Shown piece by piece: positions 26,276 through 35,770 of a stretch of DNA of 64,000 bases. The notes under the pieces were generated by a model. The model saw only the letters and a program-made list of their open reading frames with translations, made no database searches and had not been told where the DNA came from. The position numbers and the translations under genes are program-made. Origin of the DNA: Candidatus Krumholzibacteriia bacterium (lineage in GTDB: Bacteria; Krumholzibacteriota; Krumholzibacteriia; G020349025); assembly GCA_035649275.1 (NCBI GenBank), contig DASRJW010000024.1:3759-67758 (forward strand), read 5' to 3'. The stretch's first letter is position 1. Each line of letters begins with the position of its first letter.

Positions 26276-27382
26276 ATGCCCCCTCCCGTGCTACCGACCT
26301 ACTGGGACTATCTCAAGCTCGAGCACTTGCTCTCCTTGCAGAGCGGTTTCGAAAGCGAAGAGGGGCGGCTGGCGCCGGACGAGCTGCACTTCATCATCGT
26401 GCATCAGGTGTACGAGCTCTGGTTCAAGCTCGCATTGCGCGAGCTGCGCCAGGCCCGGGACTGGCTGGCGGCGCCGCGGGTCGCGGAGGAAACCGTCCCG
26501 CAAGTGGTGCACCACCTGCGGCGGGTGAACGAGATCTTGCGCCTGGCGGCGGAGCAATTCCGCCTCATGGAGACGTTGACGCCGCAGGACTTTCTCGGCT
26601 TCCGTGACAAGCTCGTGCCGTCGAGTGGGTTCCAATCCTTCCAGCTGCGCGAGCTGGAGCTGTTGCTCGGACTGGAGGACGAGCAGCGCGTCCGCATCGG
26701 CGGCACCGATCCTCTGGACCACATCCGAACCGCCGCCGCCCACTCGCCCACGGGAACCATGGCGTGGGGACGCTTGGAAGCAGCGCGGGGAGAGAAGACG
26801 CTGCGCGCCGCCTTGCACGACTGGCTGCACCGCACCCCCATCCAGGGCTCCTCCCCCGACGATGCCGGCGATGCCGCGGTGGTGGAAGGATTCCTCCGCG
26901 CCTACCTCGAGGCCTACGCCACTTTGCAGAAAGAGCAGACCGACGCTTTGATGCGAAATGGTGCCGGTGACGCTGCGGCACTGCGCCGGCGTGCCGCGGC
27001 CGATCTACAGCGGGCGGCGGCCTTCGTCCTCGCCGAAGAGGCGAGTCCCGAGGCACGGGCCCGGGTGCAGCGCATCCGCGCCGGCATCCTCTTCATCGAG
27101 TCCTACCGCGACTTGCCTCTCCTCGCCTGGCCGCGCCTGCTGGTGGATACCGTCGTCGAGCTGGAAGAGCTGCTGGTGCTCTGGCGCACGCGGCACGTCC
27201 GCATGGTGGAGCGCATCATCGGCCGCCGGCAGGGGACGGGCGGATCACCGGGGGTCGAATACCTCGACCAGACGCTGCAGTACCGCATCTTCACCGATCT
27301 CTGGTCGGCGCGCACCGTGCTCCTGCCACGGCAAGCGCTGCCGCCTCTGGGCGACCCCAGCTTCTACGGCTTCGCGGTCTAG
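26276..27382 (+). CDS. kynA: Tryptophan 2,3-dioxygenase
   Basis: TDO-like N-terminus (LTYWDYLKLEHLLSLQSG...HFIIVHQVYELWFKL). SD AGGAG 7 nt upstream. The track ORF starts earlier, at 26141. Confidence 0.8.
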   Translation: MPPPVLPTYWDYLKLEHLLSLQSGFESEEGRLAPDELHFIIVHQVYELWFKLALRELRQARDWLAAPRVAEETVPQVVHHLRRVNEILRLAAEQFRLMETLTPQDFLGFRDKLVPSSGFQSFQLRELELLLGLEDEQRVRIGGTDPLDHIRTAAAHSPTGTMAWGRLEAARGEKTLRAALHDWLHRTPIQGSSPDDAGDAAVVEGFLRAYLEAYATLQKEQTDALMRNGAGDAAALRRRAAADLQRAAAFVLAEEASPEARARVQRIRAGILFIESYRDLPLLAWPRLLVDTVVELEELLVLWRTRHVRMVERIIGRRQGTGGSPGVEYLDQTLQYRIFTDLWSARTVLLPRQALPPLGDPSFYGFAV

Positions 27383-27387
27383 ACGGC

Positions 27388-28650
27388 ATGGAGTACGAGC
27401 GCGACGAGAAGCGCATCCTGGGCGTCACCGGCCTGGCGCACTTCCTCACCCATCTGTATGAGCTCTCTTTCCCGGCGCTCGCCCTCACCGTGCGCGACGA
27501 TCTCGGTTTGTCGCTGGCCGAAGTGCTGCGGCTGTCGTTCCTGATGTATCTCTTCTTCGGTCTCGGAGCCTTGCCCATGGGACTCCTCGCCGACCACTGG
27601 AAGGCGAAATCGGTGCTTCTCGTCACGCTCCTCGGCGCTGGCCTGGGTTGCCTGCTCGTCTCCCGCGCCGGCACGCCGGGCCAGTTCGCCGCGGCGCTGG
27701 CACTCGTCGGCGTCTGCATCAGCGGCTATCACCCGGCGGGGATGGCGTTGCTCTCCCGCGGCGTCCGCCAGCGCGGCCGCGCCCTCGGCGTGAACGGCGT
27801 CTACGGCAACTTGGGCAGCGCCATGGCCCCCTTCATCGCCGGCCTCCTCGGCTACGCGGTCGGCTGGCGCGGCGCCTATCTCTGCCTCGGTCTCCTTGGC
27901 CTCGCCGGCGGATTGATCACCCTCGCCATCCCCATCGAGGAGCACCGAGCAGGCGGCGGGCCAGCACGGCGTGCGGTGAACGCCCCGGCACACTCGAGCA
28001 GCGGCGAGAGCCCGCTCGGCTCCTTCGCGGTTCTCTGCGTCGCCATGCTGCTCGCAGGCTTCGCTTACCGCGGTGTCGCCTTGGTGTTGCCGGCCACATT
28101 CCAGGAAGAAACCACCTTCCTCTCCAACTTCCTGCAACGCGTGCACTGGACGCACCTGCAGGGCTCGGCCAACCTGGCGGCGACACTCATCGCCTCCGCG
28201 GTGTACGCCGTCGGCATCGCCGGCCAGCTCCTGGGCGGTCACCTGGCGGACCGGCACGACCTGCGCAAGCTCTATCTCTGTTTCCACGCCGCGAGCCTGC
28301 CCTTCGTCTTCGCCATGGGTTTCCTCTCCGAGTGGGGCCTGGTGCTGGCGGCAGGCACCTACATCTTCTTCGCCCTGGGAATGCAGCCGATCGAGAACAG
28401 TCTGGTGGCGCGCTTCACACCGGAGCGCTGGCGCAGCACCAGCTACGGCATCAAGTTCGCCCTCAACTTCGGCGTCGGCTCGATGGCGGTGTACGGCGTA
28501 GCGGCGCTGCATGGGGAGAAGGGCTTCCTGCCGGTGTATGTCGCAGTGTCCTGCGTCGTCTTCCTCGTCTGCACGACCGCAGCACTGCTCTTGCTCCGCA
28601 CCCGCGGTGCCGCGGTACGCAACGAGGCTGCCGCAGCCTTGCTCTCCTGA
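27388..28650 (+). CDS. MFS transporter
   Basis: 12-TM MFS architecture; immediately downstream of kynA (5-nt gap). Confidence 0.8.
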   Translation: MEYERDEKRILGVTGLAHFLTHLYELSFPALALTVRDDLGLSLAEVLRLSFLMYLFFGLGALPMGLLADHWKAKSVLLVTLLGAGLGCLLVSRAGTPGQFAAALALVGVCISGYHPAGMALLSRGVRQRGRALGVNGVYGNLGSAMAPFIAGLLGYAVGWRGAYLCLGLLGLAGGLITLAIPIEEHRAGGGPARRAVNAPAHSSSGESPLGSFAVLCVAMLLAGFAYRGVALVLPATFQEETTFLSNFLQRVHWTHLQGSANLAATLIASAVYAVGIAGQLLGGHLADRHDLRKLYLCFHAASLPFVFAMGFLSEWGLVLAAGTYIFFALGMQPIENSLVARFTPERWRSTSYGIKFALNFGVGSMAVYGVAALHGEKGFLPVYVAVSCVVFLVCTTAALLLLRTRGAAVRNEAAAALLS

Positions 28651-28696
28651 GCGCCGCACCAGGAGGATCTACGTTCGCGCAGGCGGGAGCGAACCG

Positions 28697-29197
28697 ATGA
28701 CGACGCCGGACGAGGCAAGCGCCAAGGCAGCCTTCGCCTACAACGCCGCGGCGGATTCGTACGACGATGCGGTGAATTCGTTCTGGGATCGTTTTGGCCG
28801 TCGCACGGTGGAGAGGCTCGACCTGCAGCCTGGCGCGCGAGTGCTGGACGTTTGCTGTGGGACGGGAGCCTCGGCGATACCCGCGGCGGAGCAGGTGGGT
28901 CCGGAAGGATTCGTGCTCGGCGTCGCCGCAACCGATGCAGAAAGGCTGGACGTCGTCGCTGAAGAAGGCTCGCATGCTCTCCGCTCCGCGGAGGACTGGT
29001 GGCCCATGGTTCTCGGGACGGGATACCGTGGCACGATCGAGCAGCTGGATGCCGAGGCTCGCGCGAAGGTTCGAGGGGACACGATCGCGTTCATCCGTGC
29101 CGCCGGAAACCAGGCTGTCGAGGCGAATGTCGTCTATGCAGTGGCTACGAAGTCTCAGGAAGTGGCCACGGATCGCGAGTGGAGACGGCGAGCATGA
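28697..29197 (+). pseudogene. Short (166-aa) class I SAM-methyltransferase-like ORF, probably truncated or degenerate
   Basis: Motif I VLDVCCGTGAS is present, but the protein is about 80 aa shorter than typical MTases and lacks clear post-I/II motifs. Local GC is lower. The stop overlaps the next start (ATGA). Confidence 0.4.
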
Positions 29198-29796
29198 GTC
29201 CCCATGGAGGCATCTGCAATGTCATCGTCCTGATGGCGATCCTGGGGTGCGAGCCGGCGGCGAAGCAGCCGTCACCCGCAATCTTGGCCGAGGCTCGCAG
29301 GGAGCTCGAGGCTCGGGGCCGAGCGGATCAGGCCGTGCGCGAGGGTTTCGGCGTGGGAGGGTCGGTGGACACGATCCAGGCGCGGGCGATGATGCATACC
29401 GATTCCATGAATACCGCCTGGCTCAAGAATTACGTGGCCCGCTGGGGGTGGCCGACCTCGGCACAGGTGGGGCGGGAGGCGGTCGAGGCTGCCTTCCTGA
29501 TCGTCCAGCATGCAGTGCAGGACACGGCGTTCATGCGTTCGATGCTTCCGGCCATCGAAGAAGCGTACCGCCGGGGTGATCTCGAAGGCGCCGCTGTGGC
29601 GATGCTCACCGATCGAGTCGCCGTGAAGACCGGGCATCCCCAGATTTACGGTACCCAGCTCTCCCTCAGGGAAGGACGCTGGGTGCTGGACTCGATCGCC
29701 GACTCGGCGCACGTGGACGAGCGGCGTCGCCAGATGGGGTTGCCGCCCTTGGCCGAATACCTACGGTTGGTGGATTCCTTGACCACGGGACATTAG
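29194..29796 (+). CDS. Hypothetical lipoprotein
   Basis: Lipobox MAILGC after a short signal peptide. 200 aa, translationally coupled to the upstream ORF, in a lower-GC islet. Confidence 0.5.
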   Translation: MSPHGGICNVIVLMAILGCEPAAKQPSPAILAEARRELEARGRADQAVREGFGVGGSVDTIQARAMMHTDSMNTAWLKNYVARWGWPTSAQVGREAVEAAFLIVQHAVQDTAFMRSMLPAIEEAYRRGDLEGAAVAMLTDRVAVKTGHPQIYGTQLSLREGRWVLDSIADSAHVDERRRQMGLPPLAEYLRLVDSLTTGH

Positions 29797-29856
29797 GCGG
29801 CATCGGAGCCAGTCTCCCATGGAGACCAGCATGGGAAGGAGCGGTGAGGAGAGCTC

Positions 29857-30270
29857 GTGGCGAAATACGAAGTGAAGGCGATCGGGCGGGTCGAGTCGCC
29901 GCTCACGGACCTCGAATCGGCCCCGCGGCAAGCCGACGAAGGCGCGCCTGCGGCCTGGCTCGTCTTCGAGGCGGAAGTGCTGGCTGGGCTACGCAATCTC
30001 CGGCCCGGCGACGAGGTCCTCGTCTTCACCTGGCTCGATCGCGCGCGTCGTGACGTGTTGAGCGTCCGCCCGCGTGGGGACACGTCGAGGGAGGAGGAGG
30101 GCGTCTTCAGCACCCGGTCGCCGCAGCGGCCGAATCCCATCGGTTTGCACCGAGTGGAGATCACCGCCATCGAGGGGCGGCGAGTGCGGGTGCGCCATCT
30201 CGAGGCGCTCGATGGGACGCCGATCCTCGACCTCAAGCCGATTCTGAGCGAAGACATCGGCCAGCGCTGA
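29857..30270 (+). CDS. TsaA/YaeB-like (TrmO N-terminal domain family) protein
   Basis: Family-like segments (KAIGRVESP, RPNPIGLHRVEI, LDGTPILDLKP). 137 aa, standalone domain. Confidence 0.6.
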   Translation: MAKYEVKAIGRVESPLTDLESAPRQADEGAPAAWLVFEAEVLAGLRNLRPGDEVLVFTWLDRARRDVLSVRPRGDTSREEEGVFSTRSPQRPNPIGLHRVEITAIEGRRVRVRHLEALDGTPILDLKPILSEDIGQR

Positions 30271-30321
30271 GTCGGCGCGGGGTTTCTTGGGAACCCCGCA
30301 CCCTTCGTCGGCAGACCTGCA

Positions 30322-33096
30322 TCACTGTCCGATCACGCAGACCTTGCGGGATTGGCTCCTGGCGCCCTGGCTGAGCTTGACCAGGTAAACGCCAGAAGGA
30401 AGCTTCGCTTCTCGTCCGAGTCGCACGGTGTGCTGTCCGGGGCCGAAGGCGGACAGCGGGCGACTCCACACCCGGCGTCCTGCGGTGTCGAGAATCTCGA
30501 TCGCCCCCTGCACCTGGTCGGGAAGCGAAAACGACAGAGACATCTCGCGCACCACGGGGTTGGGGTGCACGGCGTCGAGCCTGAACGCAAGCGGGTAGGC
30601 GCTCATGTCGGTGGCACCGGGGATGTCCACCCACGTGACCTCGGAGTAGCGCTCCGTGCTGCCCGCCATCACGCTGGCGCGATAGGCGTACCGCAGCCCG
30701 GCCTGCACGTTGTGATCCTCGTACTGTGCCTGGCCGTCGGAACCCAGGGAAGCGCTGCCCGCCCATGCCCACGCGCTGCCATCCAAGGAGCGGTAGACGT
30801 TGGCGTGCAGGAACGCGCCTCCGAACAGGCTCCAGGTCAAGCGCACCTCACCGAGCAAGACTTCTACGTTGGTCAGCGCCGGCACCGCCGTCTCCGGATG
30901 GGACCAGGTGAGCGCCCAGGTCTCGTCCAGGCCGGGGCCGAGCCCGCCGTGCATCACCATTCGATCGCGCTCGCGGTCGTAGACGGCTGCGTGTCCCCAA
31001 CGATAGATCGGCGTCGGACCGTCGGGGGTCAGCTGTCGCCACTGCGGCTGGCCGCGCAGCGTCAACTCCCAGAGGTCCTGACTGCCGTAGAAGTACAGAT
31101 TGTCGTAGCCGCCGAAGATGACCAATCGCTCCCGCACTGGGTCGTAGATCGCCGATTGCTCCTCCCGAGGCGAGGGTGGGGTGCCGAAGGGTGCCAGTTG
31201 GACCCAAGTGAGATCGTCCAGCGACAGTGCCCAGACTTCGTTGAGGAACGTGTACGCGCTTCCGCCGAAGACCAGCATGCGGTGGCGGTCGCTGTCATAG
31301 ACCAACGAATGGCTGCCCCGGGGGCTCGGCGGCGTGCCGACCGGCGCGAGTTGCTCCCATTCGGGAACCGCCGGGTCGAGGTTGAGCGCCCACAGATCAT
31401 TGCGGCGGTAATTCTCCGAAACGCCGTCCCAACCGGCGAACAGGATCATGCGGTGGCCGCGCGGATCGTAGATCACACCGTGCCCCGCTCGGGCGGCGGG
31501 AGGGCCACCGGTGGTGACGAGCACGCTCCAGGTCGGCGGGTTGGTTGCGAAAGAGAGCTGCCAGAGATCGCCAAAGAGCCGATCGTCCCAGCCTCCGAAG
31601 ACGATTATCCGATCGCCCTCGGGATCGTAGATTCCCTCCACCAGGCGCCGGGGGGCCGGCGGGGTGCCGGCGGTCGTGAGCTGGCTCCACACCGGGTGAT
31701 CGTCGAGCGTGATGGTCCAGGAGCTGTTGAGATAGGATGCCACGTTGCTGCCGCCGAACAGCACCATACGGTGCCGGTGTGAATCGTAGGCGGAAGCGAA
31801 GGTGTGACGCACCGGTCCGGGACCGGGACCGACGAGAGGATGGCTCCAGGATGGGGGACCGCTCAAGCTGAGGACGAATGTACCGGTAGGCAGGCGGTAG
31901 TTCGTGCCGCCGCCGAACAGGATGGCTCGAGCCCCATCGTCATCGTAGACGGCGGTGTGTCCCCAGCGCGGACCGGGTCCAAAGCCGGTCGGCTCGAGCT
32001 CGGTCCAAAGCGGCGGGTTGGCCAGCAACAGCGTCCACGTGTCGCCGTACAAGAACGTGGCGTCGTAGCCACCGTAGATGATCAGTCGATCGTTCCCGGC
32101 GTCGTAGATCATCGAGTGCTCTTCGCGCGCTGCCGGCAACAACCCGGCCGCGGCGATCGGGGTCCACTCCGGGATTCCGCCGAGCGAAAGGGCCCAGACG
32201 TCGTTCCGAAAGTCCGTATCGGTACCGCCGAAGACCACCATGGCCTGGCGCAAATCGTCGTAGACCGCCTCATGGCTGGAGCGTGCGGTCGGACCATCCA
32301 CTGCCGGCGTGAGCTCGGTCCACTCGGGATTCCCGCCGAGGGAGAGAGACCAGACGTCCTTGCGGCGCTCCGTCGGGCCGGAAAGGCCGTCGTAGCCAGC
32401 GAAGACGATCATCCGATCTCGATCGGAGTCGTAGATCGCCGTGTGGCCGGCGCGCGCCACCGGAGTCGATCCGGCGGGTTGGAGCTGGCTCCACGTGGGC
32501 GGCGCGGTGGTGAAATCGAGTTCCCACACGTCACTCAGCAAGTCCCAGCTGTAGCCGGCGTACACGACCATGCGATCGCTGTTGGCGTCGTACACGGCGG
32601 TGTGGAACGCGCGGCTCAACGGCGGAGTGCCCTGGGTGGTGAGTGGCTCCCAAGCTGCCTGGGGAACGGTCAGGTCGAGAACCCAGGTGTCGTTGGTGAA
32701 ACCGCCGAAGATCACCATGCGATCCCGATTCGGATCGTAGATCGCGCTGTGTCCGATGCGTGCCGGACCGGCCGCGCCGCCCTGGCCCGAACCGGCGAGC
32801 AGAGACCACTCGCCATCGATCGGGTTGCTGGTGAGCGGAGGGGACGCTAAGGGCCCGGAGGCGATACGGGCACTCCTCAGGTTCGACAACGGGTGAAGCA
32901 TTCCGCCGTGGGGAATGCGAGTGAGCGCCGTGCGCTCGAAGCGGACATTGCCGGCCCAAGGGCGAGCGGCACGTGCCTCGACGTCGGGAAGAAGGGTGGC
33001 GGTCGATCTTTCCGCGGCGGTAGTCAGGGAAGAGTAGTGGAGCGCGAGCAAAATGACGGTCGCGACTCCCAGCCTAGAAACCAGGTTCGCGCGCAT
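30322..33096 (-). CDS. Secreted multi-propeller Kelch-repeat protein with a C-terminal T9SS/FlgD-Ig-like sorting domain
   Basis: N-terminal signal peptide. About 16 tandem Kelch motifs (...YDxxxDRMxxFGG...NDxWxL). The C-terminal segment SGVYLVKLSQG...KVCVIGQ resembles Por/T9SS C-terminal domains. 924 aa. Confidence 0.7.
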   Translation of the reverse strand: MRANLVSRLGVATVILLALHYSSLTTAAERSTATLLPDVEARAARPWAGNVRFERTALTRIPHGGMLHPLSNLRSARIASGPLASPPLTSNPIDGEWSLLAGSGQGGAAGPARIGHSAIYDPNRDRMVIFGGFTNDTWVLDLTVPQAAWEPLTTQGTPPLSRAFHTAVYDANSDRMVVYAGYSWDLLSDVWELDFTTAPPTWSQLQPAGSTPVARAGHTAIYDSDRDRMIVFAGYDGLSGPTERRKDVWSLSLGGNPEWTELTPAVDGPTARSSHEAVYDDLRQAMVVFGGTDTDFRNDVWALSLGGIPEWTPIAAAGLLPAAREEHSMIYDAGNDRLIIYGGYDATFLYGDTWTLLLANPPLWTELEPTGFGPGPRWGHTAVYDDDGARAILFGGGTNYRLPTGTFVLSLSGPPSWSHPLVGPGPGPVRHTFASAYDSHRHRMVLFGGSNVASYLNSSWTITLDDHPVWSQLTTAGTPPAPRRLVEGIYDPEGDRIIVFGGWDDRLFGDLWQLSFATNPPTWSVLVTTGGPPAARAGHGVIYDPRGHRMILFAGWDGVSENYRRNDLWALNLDPAVPEWEQLAPVGTPPSPRGSHSLVYDSDRHRMLVFGGSAYTFLNEVWALSLDDLTWVQLAPFGTPPSPREEQSAIYDPVRERLVIFGGYDNLYFYGSQDLWELTLRGQPQWRQLTPDGPTPIYRWGHAAVYDRERDRMVMHGGLGPGLDETWALTWSHPETAVPALTNVEVLLGEVRLTWSLFGGAFLHANVYRSLDGSAWAWAGSASLGSDGQAQYEDHNVQAGLRYAYRASVMAGSTERYSEVTWVDIPGATDMSAYPLAFRLDAVHPNPVVREMSLSFSLPDQVQGAIEILDTAGRRVWSRPLSAFGPGQHTVRLGREAKLPSGVYLVKLSQGARSQSRKVCVIGQ

Positions 33097-33416
33097 CGAT
33101 GGCCCCTTCCTGCAGGATCAGGGGATTGTGAGCGACAACAATACGTCCAATGCTTCGCATCGTCAAGAATTGCTTCCGACAGCTCGAACGCGGCTCGAGG
33201 CAACGGCCTGCGTCGCATCAGCTCAGACGGCCACCTGGAGCCACCAACCTTTCGCTCCCCAGTCGGTACTTGTGTTGACGGGGAGTCGCTGAGGGCCCTG
33301 GGCAAGCTGGGCCTCAAGGTGCGACATGGGCTCGGGGGCTGGATGGACTGACCCCGACTCCGTGAGTACCAGCCCAAAGGCGTTTAGAGCCCTCCGCGCG
33401 CAATGGGAGGAACGCC

Positions 33417-33947
33417 ATGAAATCTTGCCTACGACTGTCCATTCTCTGCGTCCTGCTTCTCGCTACCGGATGGGCCCATGCAGGGCCAGCGGACGACACT
33501 CGAGCCGTCTTCAAGACGCTGCTCACATCTGTTCCCGTGCCTCCGGAATGGGAGGGAATTTGGGTAACAGTAGACTCGACCGACAACTGCTTTTATCCTG
33601 ACGGCGCCAGCGCTTTGTCATCCGAGTACTGGATCTGCGCGGGCCGGGATTTCTATCCTGACGTAACCTGCACAGGGACAGCGACGGCAACGACTCTCCA
33701 TCTCCACTGCGGCTCCATGGATTGCGGCGACGAATGCTGTAGTGGCTACAGCGTGACGTTCGACGTTACACGAAATGGAGATTCGTTCGACTCCGTGGAG
33801 GTATACGAGGCCTTTTGGGGTTGTGGTTATGAGCTGTGCACGACCTTACGCGCCCATGGCACACGCACCGGGCCCGTCCCCAAGGATTACTGTGTCACTC
33901 CGGTTTTGCCTACGACCTGGGGTGGCGTGAAAGCCATGTATCGTTGA
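33417..33947 (+). CDS. Small secreted cysteine-rich protein (10 Cys in the mature part)
   Basis: Signal peptide MKSCLRLSILCVLLLATGWAHA. No recognisable family. Sits in a low-GC islet. Confidence 0.5.
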   Translation: MKSCLRLSILCVLLLATGWAHAGPADDTRAVFKTLLTSVPVPPEWEGIWVTVDSTDNCFYPDGASALSSEYWICAGRDFYPDVTCTGTATATTLHLHCGSMDCGDECCSGYSVTFDVTRNGDSFDSVEVYEAFWGCGYELCTTLRAHGTRTGPVPKDYCVTPVLPTTWGGVKAMYR

Positions 33948-35591
33948 TCAGTCCGCTTTGGGCAGGTTGCTCTTCTGGTAGGAGAAGCGGCCGAGGAGGA
34001 GACCCACCGTGGTGCGCCGGGCCACTGGCTCGACGGTGCCGCCGCAGCGCTCGGGGAGCGGCACCGGGCCGCCCGGGAAGGTGACGCCGTAGAGCGAGGA
34101 GACGCCCTCGGCGGCCAGGAAGGTCTGCAACGCCGGCATGAGGGTTTCGCGCCGCGGCGATCCTTGCAGATCCGAGGCCAGGCTGGAATCGCTGGTGAAG
34201 GCGGCGCCCTGGGGCAGGGAGACATCGAAACCCTGGGCCGCGAGCTCGTGCTCGGGATCGCGCACCAGCCAGAGAAGCGCGATGGGACGCTCTTGCCAGA
34301 GGGCGACGACGGCGCGCTCCCCGTGGCGCATCCGCGCCAGCGCCGCGATCAGCATGTCCGACTTCACGCCCTCCTGGCGCACCATGGCCTTGATCTGCGA
34401 ATAGCGCGCCCACTGCACGCGGAATTCCGAGGGCACCGGGGGCAAGGGCTGCGCCCGCCAGAGGAACCGGTGCGTGCGTCCCCAGCGCGCGCGGCGCTGG
34501 CGTGCCTTCGCCGCCGCTGTGGTCTCGCCGGGCGGGCCCGGACGCACGACCTCGTGGGCCCGGGGCTGCACGATCTCCAGCGACACGTTCTCGCGCTTGA
34601 CGTTGGCGAAGCGCTCCTTGTGCGCCGTCTGCCCCAGGGCGAAGTCGAACTCCCGCGCGTCGGCGGCGAGGGCGTCCTCGAGCAGCCGCTTCAGCATCAC
34701 CTCGCCCGGCGAATAGCGGGCGTAGTCGACGTTGAAGCTCGGCATGTACCAGGTGAAGACGCGGTCGTAGAGGAAGCCGAAGTGGAAAGCGAGGAGCTCA
34801 TCGCGCCAGCGCAGGGCCGAGAAGCGCAGCCATCCCGATTCGAGGAGTGTCTGGGAGACGCGCTCGAAGAAGCGCCGGTTGCGCATGTCGTCGAAGAGGC
34901 TGCGGTCGCCCGCCATGAAGCGCCGGTCCCGGTGCTGCTCGAAGAAGTGGGGTAGCAGGTCGGCGACCTCGTCGCTGTCGAGCACGTGCGAGAAGGCCAG
35001 GGGGGCCAAGTGCTCGAAGTAGCGGGTGTGGCGTACCAGGCTGCGCTTGCGGGCGCAGGTTTCGGCGAAGGTACGGCTCTTTTCCAAGGACAGCGCCGGG
35101 CAGGCGCCGGCGCTCTGCTTGCGCACCACCCAGCCTTCCGGTTGCGCTTGTTGCTCCAGGAGCGGCATGGTGGCGCTCGCCGACGGGATGTTCTGCAGCC
35201 GCAGGACGTCCCAGCGATCGCGGCGGCGCACGAGCGCCTCGAAGATCGTGGCGATCACCCAGGGTTTGTTTTCGGCGGCGGCGATGACGTCGGCGTAATC
35301 CGACAAGCCGGTGCCGAGGAACTCCACCACCCGGAGGCCGTCGTCACGGCGGAGCTGCAGAGGCGCGATCCCCACCAGTTCATCGTTGCGCAGCACGGCG
35401 AACGTGTACAACTCGGCGTCGGCGCCATAGCACTCCCACCAGGTGGAGAGCCAATCCCAGGTGAGGAAGATGCTGCGCGTCTCGCTCTGCTTGTGCAGAC
35501 GGCTCCACGACGCCCGCCCCAGCGGCAGGTCGTGCAGGTTCTGGCACAAGCGCGTCTGATGTTCCGTCGCCGAAACGAGAAGCTCCGACAT
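33948..35591 (-). CDS. CelD/FemAB-like (BioF2-type GNAT, PF13480-like) acyltransferase with an extra roughly 170-aa C-terminal domain
   Basis: N-terminal 380 aa are CelD-like (WLSTWWECYG, FHFGFLYDRVFTWYMPSFN, GEVMLKRLLEDA). Start taken at MSELLVS (ATG 35591). Abuts the stop of the Cys-rich gene. Confidence 0.55.
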   Translation of the reverse strand: MSELLVSATEHQTRLCQNLHDLPLGRASWSRLHKQSETRSIFLTWDWLSTWWECYGADAELYTFAVLRNDELVGIAPLQLRRDDGLRVVEFLGTGLSDYADVIAAAENKPWVIATIFEALVRRRDRWDVLRLQNIPSASATMPLLEQQAQPEGWVVRKQSAGACPALSLEKSRTFAETCARKRSLVRHTRYFEHLAPLAFSHVLDSDEVADLLPHFFEQHRDRRFMAGDRSLFDDMRNRRFFERVSQTLLESGWLRFSALRWRDELLAFHFGFLYDRVFTWYMPSFNVDYARYSPGEVMLKRLLEDALAADAREFDFALGQTAHKERFANVKRENVSLEIVQPRAHEVVRPGPPGETTAAAKARQRRARWGRTHRFLWRAQPLPPVPSEFRVQWARYSQIKAMVRQEGVKSDMLIAALARMRHGERAVVALWQERPIALLWLVRDPEHELAAQGFDVSLPQGAAFTSDSSLASDLQGSPRRETLMPALQTFLAAEGVSSLYGVTFPGGPVPLPERCGGTVEPVARRTTVGLLLGRFSYQKSNLPKAD

Positions 35592-35770
35592 CAGCCACCT
35601 TCCGTCGCACCCGTTGGTCCGCGCCGAGGGCATCCAGTTCCGTGCCAAGCGCCGGCGTCGGGAGTCCTGACCCGGTACTTGCCCCGGGTGCCGTGGTGCA
35701 CTAGGATTCGGCCTGCAGGTTGGAGCCGCGGCAGGGTGCGTAGCGGCACCACGCGCAGGAGAGGGGAACG

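Noticed and set aside
27379-28659. 426-aa ORF antisense to the MFS transporter
   Set aside because: Low complexity; the MFS frame is convincingly hydrophobic with 12 TM helices.
30352-31782. 476-aa ORF antisense to the Kelch-repeat gene
   Set aside because: The minus-strand frame shows 16 periodic Kelch motifs plus a signal peptide; the plus frame lacks structure.
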